A stretch of DNA of 64,000 nt from Candidatus Poriferihabitaceae bacterium (GTDB lineage: Bacteria > Pseudomonadota > Gammaproteobacteria > Arenicellales > Poriferihabitantaceae): positions 320,491 through 384,490 of the forward strand of contig CBDHDW010000013.1 in the NCBI GenBank assembly GCA_965261915.1, in the 5' to 3' direction. The translations under genes were made by a program, and so were the position numbers. Of this stretch, positions 59,015 through 64,000 are shown one piece after another (the first letter of the stretch is position 1; each line of letters starts with the position of its first letter). Under the pieces are notes generated by a model, which saw only the letters and a program-made list of their open reading frames with translations, was not told the origin of the DNA and searched no databases.

Positions 59015-60367
59015 ATGAATGCTATATGGACCCCAGACAGCTGGCGCGACAAACCGATTTGCCAGGTACCGTCCTACGCCGATGCCGATGCGGTCAGTTC
59101 TGTCGAAAACAAACTTTCGCACTGGCCTCCGCTGGTATTTGCGGGTGAAGCCCGCGATTTGAAAATGGCGCTGGCGGAGGTCTGTGAGGGTCGAGGATTT
59201 TTGCTGCAGGGCGGCGATTGTGCAGAAAGCTTCGCTGAACACAATGGTGACAATATTCGTGACTTTTTCCGGGTATTGCTGCAAATGGCGGTCGTTCTCA
59301 CATTTGGCGCTTCTCGCCCGGTTGTAAAGATAGGACGAATAGCCGGACAGTTTGCGAAGCCCCGATCATCCGACATTGAATCGCGGGACGGCACCGAACT
59401 GCCTTCTTATCGAGGGGATATTATCAACGGCATCGCGTTTGATGCGGAATCCAGAATTCCTGATCCAGAGCGCCAGAAAATGGCCTATCGGCAAGCAGCC
59501 GCGACTCTAAACCTGCTACGCGCCTTTGCTCAGGGTGGGTATGCGAATTTGAACAACGTTCACAGCTGGATGTCGGATTTCTTGTCTGATAGCAATCAGG
59601 CAGAAAGGTATCATGCTCTAGCGAATCGGATTTCTCAATCAATGTCATTTATGGATGCGATTGGTATCAACGCAGAAACCAACCCTCAACTCAGGGAGAC
59701 CAGCTTCTATACGAGTCACGAAGCGTTGCTGCTGGGCTACGAACAAGCCTTAACGCGCATCGATTCAATTACTGGAGATTGGTATGCAACCTCAGGCCAT
59801 ATGCTGTGGATTGGTGATCGAACTCGACAGGCTGATCACGCACATGTGGAATTTTGCCGCGGCATCAAGAACCCAATTGGTTTGAAATGCGGACCATCAA
59901 TGGATGCCGATAATTTACTCAACCTGATCGATATACTGAATCCTGAAAATGAACCCGGACGTTTAACCTTGATTGCACGCTTCGGCCATGAAAATGTTGA
60001 GCAACATCTCCCGGGGTTGATTCGCGCTGTCGAAGCAGAAGGCAGGAAAGTTGTCTGGTCGTGTGACCCCATGCACGGTAATACGATAACGGCAAACGGC
60101 TATAAGACCAGACCTTTTGAACGCATATTAAAAGAGGTTGAAACCTTTTTTGCCGTGCATCATGCTGAAGGCAGCCACCCCGGCGGCATACATATTGAAA
60201 TGACCGGGCAAAATGTTACTGAATGTACCGGGGGTGTTAGAGAAATTATGGCGGAGGATCTGGCTGATCGTTACCACACCCATTGTGATCCACGTTTAAA
60301 CGCGGAACAATCGGTTGAGCTGGCATTTCTCGTTTCAAACCTGTTGGAAAGCAGCAGAACGGTTTAA
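59015..60367 (+). CDS. Class II (plant/AroA-II type) 3-deoxy-7-phosphoheptulonate (DAHP) synthase
   Basis: [19 protein letters not shown] at the N-terminus, with [14 protein letters not shown] and CDPMHGNT blocks. 450 aa. Confidence 0.88.
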   Translation: MNAIWTPDSWRDKPICQVPSYADADAVSSVENKLSHWPPLVFAGEARDLKMALAEVCEGRGFLLQGGDCAESFAEHNGDNIRDFFRVLLQMAVVLTFGASRPVVKIGRIAGQFAKPRSSDIESRDGTELPSYRGDIINGIAFDAESRIPDPERQKMAYRQAAATLNLLRAFAQGGYANLNNVHSWMSDFLSDSNQAERYHALANRISQSMSFMDAIGINAETNPQLRETSFYTSHEALLLGYEQALTRIDSITGDWYATSGHMLWIGDRTRQADHAHVEFCRGIKNPIGLKCGPSMDADNLLNLIDILNPENEPGRLTLIARFGHENVEQHLPGLIRAVEAEGRKVVWSCDPMHGNTITANGYKTRPFERILKEVETFFAVHHAEGSHPGGIHIEMTGQNVTECTGGVREIMAEDLADRYHTHCDPRLNAEQSVELAFLVSNLLESSRTV

Positions 60368-60389
60368 TCTACTACTGCACAGAAAAATC

Positions 60390-61589
60390 ATGGCCTCGTT
60401 TAAATCCCAAACCGCGAACAACTACAGCCAGGTATGTGCTCGCCTGGATACCGACTCCGCAGCCGCATGGGAAGTACACAGCCAGGCAATGGCAATGCGT
60501 CAGAAAGGCGAAGATGTCGTCATTATGTCAATTGGCGACCCTGATTTTCGGACACCTCAACCCATAGTCGATAATGCCGTTAGTCATATGCGTGTCGGCA
60601 GAACGCATTACTCCCCCGCTCTGGGTGAGATAAACCTGAGACGTGCGGTTGCCGATTATGAAACCCGCGTTTCACCCCATGACTGCTTGATTGATGAAAT
60701 ATCGATTTATCCCGGTGTCACTGCAGCGATATATTCGGTAATGAGTTGTCTGCTTGACCCGGGTGATGAGGTCATCATTGTTGATCCCTGGTACGTTGGA
60801 TATCAACCGATCATGGATGCATTGGACGCCAACATTGTTGCCGTGCCCGCCCTGTCCGTAAATCAGTTTGAGCCGCAGTTTGATGACCTGGTCGCGGCGG
60901 TTAGCCGCAAAACAAAAGTCCTGTTTTTAAATACCCCCGGGAATCCCACCGGCACCATTATTCCCGGATCCACACTGACCAGGTTGGCGAGTTACTGCCG
61001 GGAAAAAGGAATTTGGCTGATATGCGATGAAGTGTATTCCATGTTTACCTACGAGAAACCGCATATCTCACTGCGAACTGCCGCAGAAGAGCTTGACAAT
61101 ATTGTCGTTATCGACGGTCTTTCCAAGTCCCACGCCATGAGCGGTTGGCGAATTGGCTGGGTCGTCGCTCCCGCAGAACTCACGCGTCACTTGGGCAATT
61201 TTTCAGCGATGTCGCTGTTCGGGTGTCCGCAATTCATTCAGGATGCCGCCGCCTTTGCGCTGAATAATGATGAGTATTATGTCAAAGACATGTGTGATGC
61301 CTATCGCAGACGACGAGATCGTGTTTGCAATAAACTCGATGAAATTCAGGGAATCGAATATATAAAACCACAATCCGGGATGTTCATCATGGTTAATATC
61401 GGTAAGTACAATGCTGATGACACCGCGTTTTCGCTGAATCTGCTCAACAAACAATCGGTTTCAGTGCTGCCAGGGTGTGCGTTCGGAAATAACACAGCCG
61501 GCCACGTTCGATTATCTTTGGTACAGCCCGAGGATGTGTTAGTTGAAGGTTGCGAACGACTCAAGCGTCACATCGATACATTGAAATAA
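60390..61589 (+). CDS. Class I/II aminotransferase, AruH (arginine:pyruvate transaminase)-like or aromatic/aspartate type
   Basis: SIGDPDF, NTPGNPTG and SKSHAMSGWRIGW (PLP lysine). ATG 60390 is preferred, because the ORF-track start at 60315 overlaps the upstream gene. Confidence 0.8.
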   Translation: MASFKSQTANNYSQVCARLDTDSAAAWEVHSQAMAMRQKGEDVVIMSIGDPDFRTPQPIVDNAVSHMRVGRTHYSPALGEINLRRAVADYETRVSPHDCLIDEISIYPGVTAAIYSVMSCLLDPGDEVIIVDPWYVGYQPIMDALDANIVAVPALSVNQFEPQFDDLVAAVSRKTKVLFLNTPGNPTGTIIPGSTLTRLASYCREKGIWLICDEVYSMFTYEKPHISLRTAAEELDNIVVIDGLSKSHAMSGWRIGWVVAPAELTRHLGNFSAMSLFGCPQFIQDAAAFALNNDEYYVKDMCDAYRRRRDRVCNKLDEIQGIEYIKPQSGMFIMVNIGKYNADDTAFSLNLLNKQSVSVLPGCAFGNNTAGHVRLSLVQPEDVLVEGCERLKRHIDTLK

Positions 61590-61605
61590 CAGAGAACGGG
61601 TAGAA

Positions 61606-63210
61606 ATGGCAACTTGCGGAGAAGTCCTGGTAAAAATCCTCGAAAATTACGGAGTCGATACCGTTTTTGGCATACCTGGTGTACACACAGTCGAGCTTTA
61701 CCGCGGAATGCCCAATAGCCGAATCCGCCATATCACACCCCGTCATGAACAGGGCGCGGGATTCATGGCGGATGGTTACGCACGCGCCAGCGGAAAAGTG
61801 GCTGCCTGTTTTATTATAACCGGACCAGGCATGACCAATATCGCAACGGCGATGGCGCAGGCGTTAGCAGATTCGGTACCCATGTTAGTGATTTCTTCGG
61901 TAAACCGAAGCCATCAGCTTGGCATGGGAGAAGGCAGATTGCATGAAATGCCTAACCAGCAAGCAACCATTAGCGGCGTTTGCAAATTCAGCCATCGTCT
62001 ACTCCGCGCTGATGAACTTCCCAAGGTTTTAGCCAGGGCATTTAGCGTGTTTAATTGCCAGCGTCCCGGACCGGTACATATTGAAATTCCCATCGATGTG
62101 ATCACCGCCGAAGCAAACCACATTGATACAACCCCCTACCCGCTGCCCAGCACACCAGGCCCCGATAACCGTACAGCCGCCGAAGCCGCTGAATTGATGC
62201 TCAACGCAGAATCGCCTTTGATTGTGCTTGGTGGCGGCGCTATTAAAACCCGAAAAAATATTGCTGAACTTGCCGAACGCTTCGATGCCCCTGTCATTAA
62301 TACCGTTAACGGAAAGGGTATTCTGGCGGCTTCCCATGATTTATCTGTCGGTGGTTCCTGTTCCATGGAAGTCGTACGAGAATGCTTTGCTTCTGCTGAT
62401 GTCGTTCTCGCCATTGGTACTGAATTTGGTGAAACAGACTATGATTACTTTTTTCTGGGTGATCCAGCGCCTAAAGGGAAGTTGATCAGAATCGATATTG
62501 ATGCCGAGCAGCTGCACCGAAACGTTAGGCCCTATCTCGCGATTTGCAGCGACTCCGAACTGGCCGTCGATGCCATGCTTCTGCATCTCGGTGATACGCC
62601 TGCCCAGGATAAGCGCGGTCGGGTCCGAGTCGATAATATCCGAAAGCACATCCTGAAAAACCGCGACCCAGGATACGCCGAAGTATTCAGCTCCATAGCG
62701 AGGATGTTACCCGATGTCGTCATTGCCGGGGATTCCACTCAACCCACCTATTACGCCTGGTTGTATTACGAAACACAAGAACCAAGAAAATATTTCCATT
62801 CAGCCTCAGGGTTTGGAACACTCGGCTACGCCATTCCGGCAGCGGTGGGAGCAAAACTCGCAAGACCGGAGCTTCCCGTTATTGGATTAATTGGTGATGG
62901 TGCGAGTCAATTTACCATCGCCGAACTTGCCAGCGCCGTTGAGGCCAAAACATCGGTTATTTTTATTGTCTGGAATAACAATGGTTACAAGGAAATCAAG
63001 AATTTCATGAAAGACAACGAGATAGCCACCATCGGAGTCGATATTCACACACCGGATTTTCTCGGTCTTGCCGCCGCATTTGGCTGTCGTTGCGCCAATA
63101 TTCCCGACATCAATACGTTTGAGACAGAACTCAAACTCGCCGCAACACACCCGGGACCTACCTTGCTTTTATTGAATGAAGAAAAATTCAGCACTGCATC
63201 CCCGGTTTAA
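61606..63210 (+). CDS. Thiamine-diphosphate-dependent 2-oxoacid decarboxylase, AruI (5-guanidino-2-oxopentanoate decarboxylase)-like
   Basis: MATCGEVLVKILENYGVDTVFGIPGVHTVELYRG and the TPP-binding GDGASQF...NNNGY motif. 534 aa. Subfamily assignment is from memory of AruI-type N-termini. Confidence 0.75.
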   Translation: MATCGEVLVKILENYGVDTVFGIPGVHTVELYRGMPNSRIRHITPRHEQGAGFMADGYARASGKVAACFIITGPGMTNIATAMAQALADSVPMLVISSVNRSHQLGMGEGRLHEMPNQQATISGVCKFSHRLLRADELPKVLARAFSVFNCQRPGPVHIEIPIDVITAEANHIDTTPYPLPSTPGPDNRTAAEAAELMLNAESPLIVLGGGAIKTRKNIAELAERFDAPVINTVNGKGILAASHDLSVGGSCSMEVVRECFASADVVLAIGTEFGETDYDYFFLGDPAPKGKLIRIDIDAEQLHRNVRPYLAICSDSELAVDAMLLHLGDTPAQDKRGRVRVDNIRKHILKNRDPGYAEVFSSIARMLPDVVIAGDSTQPTYYAWLYYETQEPRKYFHSASGFGTLGYAIPAAVGAKLARPELPVIGLIGDGASQFTIAELASAVEAKTSVIFIVWNNNGYKEIKNFMKDNEIATIGVDIHTPDFLGLAAAFGCRCANIPDINTFETELKLAATHPGPTLLLLNEEKFSTASPV

Positions 63211-63245
63211 TCAGCCAGATTTAATCGATACATACTGAAAAATCA

Positions 63246-63526
63246 AAGCTGGCGCTTTACCTCCGAAACTACTGCGGATATTGCTATAAAGTGATCCACG
63301 CGGTGAGAACACCGGGAGCGGATATTGAGCCGAAAAATATCTGGGCAATGACACTTCAATCCAGGAGTTGAAAGATGCCATGGGCAGTACACGAGTTCCA
63401 GTACTGCGTTATCAGGATGTTGACGGCAGCGAGATTTGGTTACCTGAATCTGACTCAATTATTACGAAACTGGCAGATATTGGATCGACAGAACCGCCAA
63501 AAGTAACCAGCGATTTTACCGATTAA
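63246..63526 (+). pseudogene. Glutaredoxin-like (CxxC) small protein, frameshifted
   Basis: KLALYLRNYCGYCYKV...DIEPKNIW is in one frame. NDTSIQELKDAMGSTRVPVLRY...WLPESDSII is in the next frame, with the shift near 63335-63345. There is no obvious ATG. Confidence 0.45.
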
Positions 63527-63661
63527 AAATATTTTAAAATTTGGCTGAAATAGGTGTTGATGAACAGATGTATTTCGCTTACTGTCGCGCCATTAACCCG
63601 CATTTCACTCGTTTGTTACGATCCGAATGCTTCAGTGAAACAAATATAGAGGACAACTATC

Positions 63662-64000
63662 ATGCCTTTAACTCCTAACTTGAATCCGTTCATCACTTGC
63701 GCCGTCACGGGTTCTGGTGGCAGCCAGGATCGATCTCACCACGTACCGCGATCTCCAGAACAAATAGCCAATTCGGCATTAGATGCCGCACGCGCTGGTG
63801 CAGCGATCGTCCATTGCCATGTACGCGATCCGGAAACCGGGGTGCCGAGCAGAAAACCTGAACTTTACCGGGAAGTCGTCGATCGTATACGCGATTCCGA
63901 TACAGACGTGATTGTCAATCTCACTGCAGGCATGGGTGGAGATCTGGTATTTGGCGGTCCCGAGTCACCGTTGCCGCTCAATGAGGCAGGCACGGACATG
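63662..64000 (+). CDS. 3-keto-5-aminohexanoate cleavage enzyme (BKACE/DUF849) family, 3' end outside the window
   Basis: [51 protein letters not shown]...VNLTAG matches the BKACE N-terminal half. SD agagga lies upstream. Confidence 0.8.
   Translation, partial: MPLTPNLNPFITCAVTGSGGSQDRSHHVPRSPEQIANSALDAARAGAAIVHCHVRDPETGVPSRKPELYREVVDRIRDSDTDVIVNLTAGMGGDLVFGGPESPLPLNEAGTDM

Noticed and set aside
1-64000. CRISPR arrays, rRNA genes, prophage structural genes
   Set aside because: No regularly spaced direct repeats with unique spacers were seen. No rRNA-like sequence and no capsid, tail or terminase-like ORFs were recognised.

Overview
This is a bacterial chromosomal segment, probably gammaproteobacterial, with mid-40s %GC judged by eye. 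Ordinary metabolic and transport genes are interleaved with defence loci, insertion sequences and many decayed genes.

**Left end (1-6.7 kb): tail of a Type I R-M locus.**
- It holds a DUF4143 ATPase, a Fic protein, an AAA/wHTH ATPase and hsdR.
- The ATPase gene sits between two copies of a ~150-185 bp fic/hsdR junction sequence.

**7-24 kb: housekeeping and accessory genes.**
- cobC-like and cobS, then three consecutive aminotransferases.
- A truncated MoxR ATPase followed by a CoxE-type VWA gene and an AEC transporter.
- deaD, a permease, an internally deleted sulfatase, two translationally coupled unknown membrane proteins, and a FadB-like enzyme.

**25.0-31.2 kb: the most interesting locus.**
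- It is a Type III R-M operon whose mod and res genes are separated by two tightly coupled extra genes.
- One is an ABC/AAA_15-21-type ATPase. The other is a small orphan protein with a PD-(D/E)xK-like D...ExK signature.
- I could not assign this mod-ATPase-nuclease-res arrangement to any named defence system from memory.

**31.4-34.5 kb: nested IS.** A GC-rich IS630-family element is inserted in the transposase gene of an IS1634-family element. Removing it restores the IS1634 frame exactly.

**Rest of the window (34.7-64 kb):**
- A polyamine-type ABC transporter.
- REP-like repeats and a thrC remnant.
- proXWV.
- An aberrant tRNA-Lys-like gene.
- ISAs1 and phosphotransferase remnants.
- A 2-hydroxyacid dehydrogenase and a guanidino-acid ureohydrolase.
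- A hyi remnant.
- A homocysteine-methyltransferase/class I methyltransferase fusion.
- A truncated UDP-sugar dehydrogenase.
- A CoA-transferase, serA and guaC.
- An IS66-family element and a cmoA-like gene.
- A class II DAHP synthase with AruH/AruI-like genes.
- A partial BKACE gene at the window edge.

No rRNA genes or CRISPR arrays were seen. All calls come from reading the sequence and ORF translations; no database search was run.
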